This document shows, in pieces, positions 7,229-16,489 of a stretch of 28,611 nt of DNA (position 1 is the first letter of the stretch; each line of letters opens with the position of its first letter). A program made the position numbers and the translations under genes. The stretch lies in the IMG/VR virus record IMGVR_UViG_3300020044_004730, positions 1 to 28,611 of that record; one strand, written 5' to 3'. Origin of the DNA: a virus (lineage: Duplodnaviria; Caudoviricetes). A model generated the notes under the pieces. It was not told the DNA's origin. It saw nothing but the letters and a program-made list of their open reading frames with translations, and searched no databases.

Positions 7229-9009
7229 GTAATAGTTACTACAACCACGCCACTTACCCAACGCCCAACTCGCCGGGCTCGTCAGCCGCGTTGCGGGCTG
7301 AGCTGGAAGCGATCACCGATGCTTTTGATTTGTTGCCCACGCTGGCCGCTAATGGATACAAAGTTGCCATGGTCAATTCGGCCGGCACGGCTTTGATTGC
7401 ATCGGCGGCTCTTCAAGCCTTGGCCATTACCAGCAGCACCATTGACAGCACGCCGATTGGTGCAACAACGGCAGCGTCTGGCCGCTTTGCCGGTTTGACT
7501 GTGGCCTCCGGCTCTGCGTCTTTGGGCAGCTCGGTGACAATCACCGGCGGTGTAATTGACAACACTGTGATTGGTAATTCAACAAGGGCCGCCGGCTACT
7601 TTACTTCGCTTGCTGCGAATGCCGGTATTAGCGGCACACTTACCGGCAACGTAACCGGCAACGTGACTGGTGATTTAACCGGCAACGTGACCGGCAACGT
7701 GACCGGCAACGTGACGGCAAGTAGCGGCACGTCGACTTTCAACGACGTAACGATTAACGGCTCGTTGGACATGAACTCGTCCACCGGCAGCACCATCACG
7801 GGCTTGAGCACGCCAACAGGCGACACCGACGCAGCCAACAAAGGCTACGTTGATACGGTTGCCCAAGGCTTGGACGCCAAAGCATCTTGCCGTGTGGCCA
7901 CTACGGCCAGCATCACGCTAAGCGGCACACAAACAATTGACGGTGTAGCGGTCATTGCAGACGATCGGGTGCTGGTCAAAGATCAAAGCACGGCTTCACA
8001 AAACGGCATTTACGTTGTAGCAGCCGGAAGCTGGGCGCGATCAACCGATGCAAATTCTTGGACCGAGCTGGTTTCAGCTTTTACGTTTGTAGAGCAAGGC
8101 ACGGCCAACGCAAACAACGGTTACGTTTGCACGGTTGCGGCAGGCGGCACGCTAGGCACCACAGCAGTGACTTGGGTCCAGTTCTCCGGAGCTGGTCAGA
8201 TCACCGCCGGCGCGGGTATGACAAAGACAGGGAATACCCTGAACGTCGGAACGGCGTCAAGCTCACGTATTGTAATTAACGCGGATGACATTGACTTGGC
8301 CGCATCAGGCGTCACGATCGGTACTTACGCTGGCCTGACCATTGATACCTATGGCCGCGTGACTTCAGCCTCTGCGCTGACTACCTTGGCTGGCTATGGC
8401 ATCACAAACGCTTATACCAAAACCGAAATAGATTCGATCTTTGGTAGCACGACAAGTGCGGCAGCTTCAGCAGTTGCGGCTGCGACCAGCGAAACCAACG
8501 CGGGCAACAGCGCCACGGCAGCGGCCGGCAGCGCAACGGCAGCCGCAGGAAGCGCAACGGCAGCGGCTGCGTCATACGATTCGTTTGATGATCGCTACCT
8601 TGGCCCAAAGGCTACTAACCCAACGCTGGACAACGACGGCAACGCACTGCTGACAGGTGCTTTGTATTTCAACACTGCAGCGAACGAAATGCGGGTTTAT
8701 ACGGGGTCTGCTTGGCTGACTGCCTATTTGCCCGCGACAGGCTATCTAGCTTTGAGTGGCGGCGTAATGACGGGGGCTATCACTTTTGCTGGCGCTCAAA
8801 CTTGGCCGACGTTTAACCAAAACACAACAGGCACTGCGGCTGGTTTGTCTACAACGCTGGTTGCTGCAAGTGGTGGTACGGGCTTAACCAGTCCCGGTAC
8901 AAACGGAAATGTTCTTACATCTAACGGTACCGGTTGGGTCTCATCGACACCTGCGCCGGGGTTCACAACAGGTAAAGCCATTGCGATGGCTATCGTCTTC
9001 GGTTTCTAA
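7225..9009 (+). CDS. Tail fibre protein
   Basis: ATGA overlap with the nozzle gene; N-terminal attachment segment, GNVT repeats, DAANKGYVD, DRVLVKDQSTASQNGIY, TIDTYGRVT, FDDRYLG...GALYFNT fibre modules. Confidence 0.88.
   Translation: MSNSYYNHATYPTPNSPGSSAALRAELEAITDAFDLLPTLAANGYKVAMVNSAGTALIASAALQALAITSSTIDSTPIGATTAASGRFAGLTVASGSASLGSSVTITGGVIDNTVIGNSTRAAGYFTSLAANAGISGTLTGNVTGNVTGDLTGNVTGNVTGNVTASSGTSTFNDVTINGSLDMNSSTGSTITGLSTPTGDTDAANKGYVDTVAQGLDAKASCRVATTASITLSGTQTIDGVAVIADDRVLVKDQSTASQNGIYVVAAGSWARSTDANSWTELVSAFTFVEQGTANANNGYVCTVAAGGTLGTTAVTWVQFSGAGQITAGAGMTKTGNTLNVGTASSSRIVINADDIDLAASGVTIGTYAGLTIDTYGRVTSASALTTLAGYGITNAYTKTEIDSIFGSTTSAAASAVAAATSETNAGNSATAAAGSATAAAGSATAAAASYDSFDDRYLGPKATNPTLDNDGNALLTGALYFNTAANEMRVYTGSAWLTAYLPATGYLALSGGVMTGAITFAGAQTWPTFNQNTTGTAAGLSTTLVAASGGTGLTSPGTNGNVLTSNGTGWVSSTPAPGFTTGKAIAMAIVFGF
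7633..7716 (+). repeat. 12-nt tandem coding repeats (G-N-V-T) in the tail fibre
   Basis: Seven imperfect units encoding GTLT GNVT GNVT GDLT GNVT GNVT GNVT. Confidence 0.85.
8509..8571 (+). repeat. 21-nt tandem coding repeat (SATAAAG) x3
   Basis: Encodes SATAAAG SATAAAG SATAAAA, an Ala-rich heptad stalk. Confidence 0.8.
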
Positions 9010-9019
9010 GGAGCTTTAA

Positions 9020-9412
9020 ATGGCAAATCCAAATATCGTCAACGTCACGACCATTTACGGCACGACGACTTATTTAACACCTTCGGGCACAACTGCTGTT
9101 GTGCTGCTGCCTAACGCGGCGTCTTCTGGCAAGGTCTTCAAGATCAACCAGATCGTTGCTGCCAACGTTACTGGTACGGCGGCCAACGCTACTGTTTCAA
9201 TCTACACCAATGGTGCTGTAGCTCAAGGCTCTGCGCCTTCTGGTGGTACAGCCTATCCCGTTGTAGCAACTATTGCTGTACCCGCTAACGCCTCTTTGAT
9301 TGCGGTAGACAAGACCACGTCTATCTATTTGCAAGAGGGTAATTCGATTGCGGTGACGTCTGGCACGGGCAGCGCAATTACATACAGCATTAGCTACGAA
9401 GACATTTCTTAA
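9020..9412 (+). CDS. Small fibre-associated structural protein
   Basis: RBS TAAGGAG; MANPNIVNVTTIYG...KVFKINQIVAANV...ISYEDIS, a small beta-sandwich type often found between fibre genes of aquatic phages. Confidence 0.8.
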   Translation: MANPNIVNVTTIYGTTTYLTPSGTTAVVLLPNAASSGKVFKINQIVAANVTGTAANATVSIYTNGAVAQGSAPSGGTAYPVVATIAVPANASLIAVDKTTSIYLQEGNSIAVTSGTGSAITYSISYEDIS

Positions 9413-9422
9413 GGGTTGACTT

Positions 9423-11456
9423 ATGTCCAATCGCTATAAGGGCGGGATTATTTCTGCGACTCCTCCTACAACTAGTAAGGCTTCGGCCTCTGGAGCGTGG
9501 ACACTTGAGCAACAAATGCAAGCACAAGGGGCTGATGCTTGGCCTTATGCTGGCCCTACTTATATTGAGGATGTGTTTTCAACACGGCTTTACACAGGTA
9601 ATGGATCTACACAAACCATTACCAATGGTGTTGACTTGTCTAGTTATGGTGGGTTGGTTTGGATTAAAGATAGAAGTGCAGCAAATTCTCATGTTTTACA
9701 TGATAGTGCTAGAGGAATCAATAATCGTTTAGTTACTAACAACACAAACGCACAATCAGATCAAGGGATTGTTTCAGTAAGTGCTTTTAACACAACTGGG
9801 TTTTCAATAGGAACTTCAGCTCTTATAAATACATCAGCAGCTACATTAGCCTCATGGACATTCCGAAAGCAACCAAAGTTCTTTGATATTGCTACTTGGA
9901 CTGGGAATGGAACTGCTGGAAGAACGGTATCGCATAACCTTGGAAGTGTTCCGGGGTGCATGATTATTAAAAGCACTAACGACAGCTTTACGAGCTGGTT
10001 TGTTTATCACAGAAGTTATGGAAATGGAGGCGGTGGATATTTAAATAGCACAGCGGCATTTTTTGCTGATTCTTCAATGTTAAATAGCACATCACCGACA
10101 TCTACAGTCTTTACTGTAGGAACGGCTGGAGAAACAAATCAAAATGGAAATACCTATGTCGCCTACATATTTGCTCACGATGCAGGGGGCTTTGGTCTGA
10201 CTGGTACAGACAATGTGATTTCGTGTGGGGCGTTTACGACTGATGGTAGTGGCTATGCAGATGTAAATTTGGGATACGAGCCTCAATGGATACTGATGAA
10301 GGCAAGTTCTGCTGGTGGCGCGGGAGAAAACTGGATTACTGTTGACAATATGCGTGGCCTATTAGGAACAGGGACAGCATATCAAGCTGCTCGTCTATAC
10401 CCGAACTTGACTAATGCAGAAGCGTCAGTTAATACCTGCCAAATTAGCTCTACAGGCTTTAGAGCGTTCCAGAGTACGAGTATCACTTACATCTACATAG
10501 CCATTCGTAGAGGCCCAATGAAAGTGCCTACAACTGGTACTAGTGTGTTTGGTATGTCTGCTAGATCAGGTACAGGTGCAAATGCTACTGTGACAGGCGG
10601 TCAAACTGATGATGCTGTGTTGGTTAAAAATCGTGGATCGGCAGTAGCATCTTTATTTTCTTCAAGGCTTACTAGCACAGGCTACCTTGTAACGTCATCC
10701 ACAGCGGCAGAAGTAGCCGCAGGGACAACCATACTTCAAGCTAATCCTTGGGATGTAATGGATGGTGTAAAAGTTGGTACTACATCAACAATTACTAACG
10801 CAAGTGCAAATACATATATAAACTATTTGTTTAAACGTGCGCCATCTTTTATGGATGTTGTTTGCTATACAGGGACAAGTGCAAATAGAACTGTGACGCA
10901 TAACTTAGGTGTTGCGCCTGAGATGTATATCGTTAAACAACGAAGTGGTGCTGCTAATAATTGGGGCGTATACACCTTGGCTTTAGGGCCAACAAAAAAT
11001 ATTAATTTAGAAGGAACTGGCGCAGCTTATACAGATAATACTGTGTGGAATGCAACAAATCCTACAGCATCTGTTTTTTCTCTTGGAACAAGTGGCGAAA
11101 CAAATAATTCTGGACAGACTTATGTCGCCTATCTATTTGCAACTTGTGCAGGTGTTTCCAAAGTAGGAAGTTACACGGGTAATGGCACAACACAAACTAT
11201 TGATTGTGGATTAACGGCAGGGGCTAGGTTTGTTTTAATCAAAAAAACAAGTGCAACGGGTGATTGGTATGTTTACGATACCGCCCGTGGCATGACAACA
11301 TTGACAGACCCATATTGGCTTGCAAATAGCACAGCGGCTGAAGTAGCAACCCTTGGTTCTGTTACAACAGTAGCAACAGGCTTTGCAGTTAACTCAGCAA
11401 TCTTAGCGGCAATCAATACAAATGCTGCAACATATATCTTCTTGGCTATCGCATAA
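9423..11456 (+). CDS. Tail fibre / receptor-binding protein, paralogue 1
   Basis: 677 aa with repeated YTGNG...H.LG..P...I.K...W.VY modules; AT-rich; collinear with the next gene. Confidence 0.85.
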   Translation: MSNRYKGGIISATPPTTSKASASGAWTLEQQMQAQGADAWPYAGPTYIEDVFSTRLYTGNGSTQTITNGVDLSSYGGLVWIKDRSAANSHVLHDSARGINNRLVTNNTNAQSDQGIVSVSAFNTTGFSIGTSALINTSAATLASWTFRKQPKFFDIATWTGNGTAGRTVSHNLGSVPGCMIIKSTNDSFTSWFVYHRSYGNGGGGYLNSTAAFFADSSMLNSTSPTSTVFTVGTAGETNQNGNTYVAYIFAHDAGGFGLTGTDNVISCGAFTTDGSGYADVNLGYEPQWILMKASSAGGAGENWITVDNMRGLLGTGTAYQAARLYPNLTNAEASVNTCQISSTGFRAFQSTSITYIYIAIRRGPMKVPTTGTSVFGMSARSGTGANATVTGGQTDDAVLVKNRGSAVASLFSSRLTSTGYLVTSSTAAEVAAGTTILQANPWDVMDGVKVGTTSTITNASANTYINYLFKRAPSFMDVVCYTGTSANRTVTHNLGVAPEMYIVKQRSGAANNWGVYTLALGPTKNINLEGTGAAYTDNTVWNATNPTASVFSLGTSGETNNSGQTYVAYLFATCAGVSKVGSYTGNGTTQTIDCGLTAGARFVLIKKTSATGDWYVYDTARGMTTLTDPYWLANSTAAEVATLGSVTTVATGFAVNSAILAAINTNAATYIFLAIA

Positions 11457-11465
11457 GGAATAAAA

Positions 11466-13505
11466 ATGAGTGAACGATTCCCCGGTGGATTTATTACAAA
11501 GACACCACCAGTACCAACGCTTGCATCAGCCTCTGGTGTGTGGACTGTTGAACAAGCTATGGAGTATCAGAAGGCTGGTACATGGCCTTATGCTGGCCCT
11601 ACGTATATTGAAGATGTGTTTAGCTCATACCTTTACACAGGCAATGGAACTACACAAACAATTACCAACGGCGTTGACTTGTCTAATTATGGTGGGTTGG
11701 TTTGGGCAAAAGACAGAGACAGTGCAAATGGTCACACTCTTTATGATACCGCCCGTGGTGTAAGTAAAAGATTAGTTACTAATACTACAGCGGCACAAAT
11801 AACAGAAGCTACTAACGAAGGTGTTTATGCTTTTGGAACAACTGGATTTTCTCTTGGCGGTGCTTCTGCACAAAGTAATGGCAGTGGAAATAAAGAAGTT
11901 TCATGGACATTCCGCAAGCAACCAAAGTTTTTTGATATTGTGACTTTTGTTGCGGGGTCTAGTACCAATAGAACCATCTCTCATTCACTTGGTTCAACCC
12001 CTGCATTTTATGTAATGAAAGATGTTAGTGGTGTAAGCCAATGGCCTGCATATCACACAAGTTTAGGCGCAAATCAATATGTTGCTTTAAACAAAACTGA
12101 CGCAACTACAACTTCTACTGGCGTATGGGGAACTGGCCCGACTTCAACTACATTTAGTGTTGATGAATCGGGGCTTTGCACTTCAGGTAATACCTACGTT
12201 GTTTATTTGTTTGCAAGCAACGCAGGAGGCTTTGGCCTAACTGGTACAGACAATGTGATTTCGTGTGGGTCGTTTACAACTGATGGCTCTGGCAATGCAA
12301 CTGTAAGTCTTGGGTATGAACCACAATGGTTGTTAATTAAAAAAACTTCAGCAACTGGCCCTTGGTATTTAGAAGATAACATGAGAAACTTTGCAAGAGC
12401 TGTTGTTAATTATCTTAATCCAAATAGTTCTGGAATTGATACTGAAGTAACAGCAGAAAATGCTTTGTATCCAACCGCTACGGGATTTGGTGGAACGTCT
12501 GCATTTTTAGATTTATCTTCTACCTACATCTACATAGCCATTCGTAGAGGCCCAATGAAAGTGCCTACAACAGGTACTAGTGTGTTTTTACCTTATACAG
12601 CGGCTGTTGCTACTGGTGGCGTAAATGTATCAACAGGATTTGTGGCTGATTTAACTATATCGCATGAGAACAGAGCAGGAACTGGCTCTGCTACTTATGT
12701 AACTGATAGGTTGCGTGGGTCAAGTGCTTCACGCCAAGGAACTATGCTCACTTCATCAATAGGTGCAGAAGCTACAACAGCATCTGGTGCTTACTACGAC
12801 TACGCATACAACACATCTTTGTATGACAAATTTGCGGCAAGCAATTCATTTGCGGCTGGTAACTTTGTAGATTGGATATTTAGACGCGCCCCTAGCTTTA
12901 TGGATGTGGTTTGTTACACAGGGACAGGGGCTAATACTACATTTAGTCATAACCTACAAGCAGTTCCAGAGTTGATGATTGTAAAAGTCAGGGCGGGAAC
13001 TACTAATAATTGGTTGATATATTCAAGCACAATAGGTGCTGGAAATGTTATGCAATTAAACACAACAATTGCAAGTACAGCCTCTAGTGCTGTATGGAAT
13101 AGCACAGCGCCAACATCTACAGTTTTCTCAGTTGGTACAAATACAGCAGTTAATGGGTCTGGAAATACTTATGTCGCCTACCTATTTGCAACTTGTGCAG
13201 GTGTTTCCAAAGTAGGCTCATACACAGGTAATGGGTCTTCACAAACTATCAACTGTGGATTTACTGGCGGTGCTAGATTTATTCTTATCAAGCGTACTGA
13301 CTCAACTGGTGATTGGTACGTTTGGGACACAGCCCGTGGCATTGTTGCAGGTAATGATCCTCACTTGTCATTGAATACAACTGCTGCTGAAGTTACAACT
13401 GACGACACTATTGATCCAGACAACTCAGGATTTATTGTCAATCAGCTTGCAGCCACCAATGTCAATGTTACATCTGCAACATATATTTTTCTAGCTATAG
13501 CTTAA
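11466..13505 (+). CDS. Tail fibre / receptor-binding protein, paralogue 2
   Basis: RBS TAAGGA; 679 aa; same module order and identical junction peptides (WPYAGPTYIEDVFS, SWTFRKQPKFFDI, GGFGLTGTDNVISCG, YIYIAIRRGPMKVPTTGTSVF, TYVAYLFATCAGVSKVGSYTGNG, ATYIFLAIA). Confidence 0.85.
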   Translation: MSERFPGGFITKTPPVPTLASASGVWTVEQAMEYQKAGTWPYAGPTYIEDVFSSYLYTGNGTTQTITNGVDLSNYGGLVWAKDRDSANGHTLYDTARGVSKRLVTNTTAAQITEATNEGVYAFGTTGFSLGGASAQSNGSGNKEVSWTFRKQPKFFDIVTFVAGSSTNRTISHSLGSTPAFYVMKDVSGVSQWPAYHTSLGANQYVALNKTDATTTSTGVWGTGPTSTTFSVDESGLCTSGNTYVVYLFASNAGGFGLTGTDNVISCGSFTTDGSGNATVSLGYEPQWLLIKKTSATGPWYLEDNMRNFARAVVNYLNPNSSGIDTEVTAENALYPTATGFGGTSAFLDLSSTYIYIAIRRGPMKVPTTGTSVFLPYTAAVATGGVNVSTGFVADLTISHENRAGTGSATYVTDRLRGSSASRQGTMLTSSIGAEATTASGAYYDYAYNTSLYDKFAASNSFAAGNFVDWIFRRAPSFMDVVCYTGTGANTTFSHNLQAVPELMIVKVRAGTTNNWLIYSSTIGAGNVMQLNTTIASTASSAVWNSTAPTSTVFSVGTNTAVNGSGNTYVAYLFATCAGVSKVGSYTGNGSSQTINCGFTGGARFILIKRTDSTGDWYVWDTARGIVAGNDPHLSLNTTAAEVTTDDTIDPDNSGFIVNQLAATNVNVTSATYIFLAIA

Positions 13506-13516
13506 AGGAGCACATC

Positions 13517-14020
13517 ATGGAAATTCGTTTACGTTCAACTGGTGAAGTTTTATATGAGGGTGAGTTCCGTACTCGCTTTGCACAGAACCTACCACCTATG
13601 CCATTAACACAAGAGTGGCTCAACACATACGTCAGTGATCCTGCTGGTGACATTGTCTTTGAAGGCCCACAAGCAACAGGTGGAACACACTATCAATACT
13701 CAATGCGTCAAGGTGTTGAGAAGATTGAAGGTAAGTGGTACACCAAGTATGTGCTTGGTCCAACCTTTATTGATACTGTAGTAGATGGAATCACTACCAC
13801 TGCTGCTCAACACGAAACAGCTTACAAAGCCACTAAAGATGCTGAGCAAGCTAAGAGTGTTCGTGCTTCTCGTGATGAAAAACTCAAGGCCAGTGATTGG
13901 ACACAAGTAGCTGATGCACCAGTGGACAAAGCAGTATGGGCTACATACCGCCAAACCTTGCGTGACATTACTACACAGTCTGGTTTCCCTTGGACCATCA
14001 CTTGGCCTGATGCACCATGA
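13517..14020 (+). CDS. Tail fibre assembly chaperone-like protein
   Basis: RBS TAAAGGAG; C-terminal R..RD..L..SDWTQ..DAP....W..YRQ.LRDI..Q.GFP..I.WP motif of phage tail assembly chaperones. Confidence 0.85.
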   Translation: MEIRLRSTGEVLYEGEFRTRFAQNLPPMPLTQEWLNTYVSDPAGDIVFEGPQATGGTHYQYSMRQGVEKIEGKWYTKYVLGPTFIDTVVDGITTTAAQHETAYKATKDAEQAKSVRASRDEKLKASDWTQVADAPVDKAVWATYRQTLRDITTQSGFPWTITWPDAP

Positions 14021-14214
14021 CCGAAGAAGTAGATAAGCGCTTAGCGGTCCACGAAGCAATTTGTGCCGAGCGATATAGCAACATAGCTGGGTCGCTAAAA
14101 GACGGCGACCGGCGAATGAATAAGATTGAGTACCTGCTTTATGCAGTCATACTTGCGGTCCTACTGGGCCCCGGAGTAGCAGCCGAATTTGTCAAAAAGA
14201 TATTCGGAATTTAA
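14017..14214 (+). CDS. Small single-TM membrane protein (holin/XhlA-like)
   Basis: ATGA overlap; HEAICAERY coiled segment followed by hydrophobic YLLYAVILAVLLGPGV. Confidence 0.75.
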   Translation: MTEEVDKRLAVHEAICAERYSNIAGSLKDGDRRMNKIEYLLYAVILAVLLGPGVAAEFVKKIFGI

Positions 14215-14237
14215 AGCCACCGCTAGGTGGTTTTTTT
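14214..14237 (+). terminator. Intrinsic terminator-like hairpin between tail and lysis genes
   Basis: AAGCCACC-gcta-GGTGGTTT with T-run 14231-14237. Confidence 0.75.
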
Positions 14238-14372
14238 ATGGCCGAATTTTTCATAGCCTTGGTTCTCACGGCAGGCAACCCCGAGTATCGGTGCGTTCGA
14301 TGGCGTTGGACGGGTGATGTTTACAACCGCAAAGTCTATTGCATTGAGTGGCAAAAGGTTGAGAAAAAATGA
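14238..14372 (+). CDS. 44-aa small protein absent from the ORF track (MAEFFIALVLTAGNPEYRCVRWRWTGDVYNRKVYCIEWQKVEKK)
   Basis: Translated by hand; fills the gap exactly, and its TGA overlaps the next ATG (ATGA 14369-14372); hydrophobic N-terminus then a two-Cys beta-hairpin pattern. Confidence 0.7.
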   Translation: MAEFFIALVLTAGNPEYRCVRWRWTGDVYNRKVYCIEWQKVEKK

Positions 14373-14863
14373 TTGATCCGATGACAGCCCTAGCTGGCAT
14401 ACAGTCAGCTATTAGCATGGTCAAAAAGGCCAGCAAGGTTGCCAATGATTTAGGCTCGCTGGCTCCGATGATCGGCAAGATGTTTGATGCCAAGGCTACT
14501 TGCACCAAAGCCTTGATTGAGGCAAAGAAGGGCAAAGGCTCAAACATGGGTCAGGCACTTCAAATTGAGATGGCGCTTGAACAAGCCCGGGCGTTTGAAG
14601 AAGAATTGAAGATGCTATTTATGACCTCTGGCCAGATTTTGACTTGGAACAAAATCAAAGAGCGACAAGCACAAATGGATATTGACGATGCGAGAGAACT
14701 TCGTGCTTTAGAGCGGGCAGAGAAAAAGGCCAAAGAAAAAGAGCAAGAGATGAATGAGTTGGCCATCATCATTGGTGGCGTTGCCTTTGTTTTGTTCTTG
14801 GTGTTTGTTGGAATAAATGAACTGATGGATTTTTGCGAAACTACCAAAAGGTGTGGTCGGTGA
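14369..14863 (+). CDS. Lysis-region membrane protein (helical, C-terminal TM)
   Basis: MIDPMTALAGIQSAI N-terminus, long charged helix, TM LAIIIGGVAFVLFLVFVGI. Confidence 0.75.
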   Translation: MIDPMTALAGIQSAISMVKKASKVANDLGSLAPMIGKMFDAKATCTKALIEAKKGKGSNMGQALQIEMALEQARAFEEELKMLFMTSGQILTWNKIKERQAQMDIDDARELRALERAEKKAKEKEQEMNELAIIIGGVAFVLFLVFVGINELMDFCETTKRCGR

Positions 14864-15015
14864 ATGAATATCAAAAGACCTTTGACTTGTGCCTCAAGAT
14901 ATTCATCTATGGATGCGTAGCACTTTATTTTCTTGGGTTTCTTAAGTTTCTTCCAAACGATCTTAGTGACCGGATCGTTAATTTACTGCTTGGAAAGGTT
15001 GGTCTAGGAAAATGA
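14860..15015 (+). CDS. 51-aa membrane protein (start revised to GTG 14860)
   Basis: GTGA overlap with the upstream stop and ATGA overlap downstream; hydrophobic LCLKIFIYGCVALYFLGFLKFL. Confidence 0.65.
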   Translation: MNEYQKTFDLCLKIFIYGCVALYFLGFLKFLPNDLSDRIVNLLLGKVGLGK

Positions 15016-15320
15016 ATGCACCAAATGAAAAACACGCTTTGATTGAGAAGGTAGCTTTCGCTATCTTGCCAATCCTTTTTACTTGCGTTGTGTACTTGAT
15101 GAACTCACTGTCTCACCTATCGCATGAAGTGACGGTGCTAAACAACAAGATTAGTTTGGTTGTTACCTCAGACAATAAACAAGCAACCAACACTGGTGCT
15201 GAACTTGCAAGAGAAAAACTACGTCAAGACTTAGAAAAAGAAATTCAGAAGAACCGTGACGACATCATGCACAACAGGCAAGACATTGCTGTGATTTACG
15301 AAAAAATGAAAAGCAAATGA
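15012..15320 (+). CDS. N-terminally anchored coiled-coil membrane protein
   Basis: TM VAFAILPILFTCVVYLM then heptad-like helix; coupled by ATGA overlaps at both ends. Confidence 0.72.
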   Translation: MNAPNEKHALIEKVAFAILPILFTCVVYLMNSLSHLSHEVTVLNNKISLVVTSDNKQATNTGAELAREKLRQDLEKEIQKNRDDIMHNRQDIAVIYEKMKSK

Positions 15321-15523
15321 AATATCTATTGCTTTTATTACTGCTTGCCGGCTGCGAAGACCGGTATCGGTATAAGTGTCAGAACCCTGAGCACTTCCAT
15401 GCAGAAGAATGCCAAAAGCCTAAGTGCCTGTTTACTCAACAATGCCCAGAATATCTGGTTGCACCCATCCTAGAGAAAAAGATAAATGATGTTCAACAGC
15501 CAGAAGCCACTCCTAACCGTTGA
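15317..15523 (+). CDS. Cys-rich lipoprotein
   Basis: MKYLLLLLLLAG-C lipobox; four more Cys in the mature part. Confidence 0.78.
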   Translation: MKYLLLLLLLAGCEDRYRYKCQNPEHFHAEECQKPKCLFTQQCPEYLVAPILEKKINDVQQPEATPNR

Positions 15524-16010
15524 AGACTTCGAGGTCCGAATCTGGGGCTTTGTAGTTATTGCCGTAACGCTGATTCTCTTCTTTATTGTCGTTGCGCTTT
15601 TGTATTCAGTGACGTTTGTTACACAGCCAATCAAGTCAATGGCGCCGATTGACCAAGCGTACGTTAAAATGTTAAATGACGTTGTGCTTTTAATTGTCGG
15701 CGGGATTGGCGGCGTCATTGGTAAGCGCGCAGTTAGCGGGGCTGCAAAGTCCCTTGGCTCACGGGCCCCTATGCAGCAGCCTATGTGCCAACCTATGATG
15801 GGTGGGTACGGGATGCCCAACAACAGCTACGCCCCGCCTCAGTCTGCCTATGGTTTACCCTCACAGCCGTTTGGCGCAATGCCGGTTTGGAAGAACCCCG
15901 AGCTAGATGAGAGCTGGACCCCCGGTCCCCCACCAACAACTCCGCCGGATTACCAAGAACCTGATGACGACCGAGCCGAGATTGCCGCTGCACGCAAGGA
16001 GGTTGACTAA
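15486..16010 (+). CDS. Two-TM holin-like protein with Pro-rich tail
   Basis: TMs IWGFVVIAVTLILFFIVVALLYSV and VVLLIVGGIGGVIG; upstream of spanin and endolysin. Confidence 0.65.
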   Translation: MMFNSQKPLLTVEDFEVRIWGFVVIAVTLILFFIVVALLYSVTFVTQPIKSMAPIDQAYVKMLNDVVLLIVGGIGGVIGKRAVSGAAKSLGSRAPMQQPMCQPMMGGYGMPNNSYAPPQSAYGLPSQPFGAMPVWKNPELDESWTPGPPPTTPPDYQEPDDDRAEIAAARKEVD

Positions 16011-16489
16011 TGCTACCTATACCGCTCCCATGGATAATCGTTGCGGCGATGATTTCTTTGTTCGGCACTTACCGAGTTGGCCATCATTACGGATGGCTGG
16101 AACGTGACGTTGACATGCAAGCAGCCATTGCAAAGAAAAATGAGGAGGCTCGTGAGCTTGAGCAGAGCATGACCTCCAAATTAACTGAACAAGAAACCAA
16201 ACTGAGAAAGGCCCAAGATGACATTCAAAAGAAACAGTCTGCTATGCACGAGCTTGCTCGTACTGGCCGGTTGCGCCTCCCCACCGCCAGTTGTCCACAA
16301 GCCAGCCAAAGTGCCCCCGTTGCCGCAGGAAATATACAACCCGAGCAACCCGATCAAAGCGAATCTGAGCGAGCGCTTATATCAGCTCTTATCGACCTCG
16401 CAGCCGACGGGGATAAAGCCATCGTCAAGCTCAACGCCTGCGTCAGCGCCTACAACGAAGTGAGGAGGCTCATCAATGGTAACGAGTGA
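16010..16489 (+). CDS. Rz: Inner-membrane spanin (i-spanin)
   Basis: N-terminal TM, periplasmic coiled coil, G.LRL motif, C-terminal LAADGDKAIVKLNACVSAY; contains an embedded lipoprotein gene. Confidence 0.85.
   Translation: MLPIPLPWIIVAAMISLFGTYRVGHHYGWLERDVDMQAAIAKKNEEARELEQSMTSKLTEQETKLRKAQDDIQKKQSAMHELARTGRLRLPTASCPQASQSAPVAAGNIQPEQPDQSESERALISALIDLAADGDKAIVKLNACVSAYNEVRRLINGNE
16218..16463 (+). CDS. Rz1: Outer-membrane spanin lipoprotein embedded in Rz (+1 frame)
   Basis: MTFKRNSLLCTSLLVLAG-C lipobox followed by Pro-rich ASPPPVVHKPAKVPPLP; AAAGG upstream; lambda-type embedded architecture. Confidence 0.85.
   Translation: MTFKRNSLLCTSLLVLAGCASPPPVVHKPAKVPPLPQEIYNPSNPIKANLSERLYQLLSTSQPTGIKPSSSSTPASAPTTK

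Noticed and set aside
9423-13505. Diversity-generating retroelement or shufflon acting on the RBP genes
   Set aside because: No reverse transcriptase or invertase in the window, shared blocks are direct rather than inverted, and mismatches are not adenine-specific.
14833-14859. Upstream TTG start given for the 14833-15015 ORF
   Set aside because: GTG at 14860 overlapping the previous stop (GTGA) fits the coupling pattern of the cassette better.
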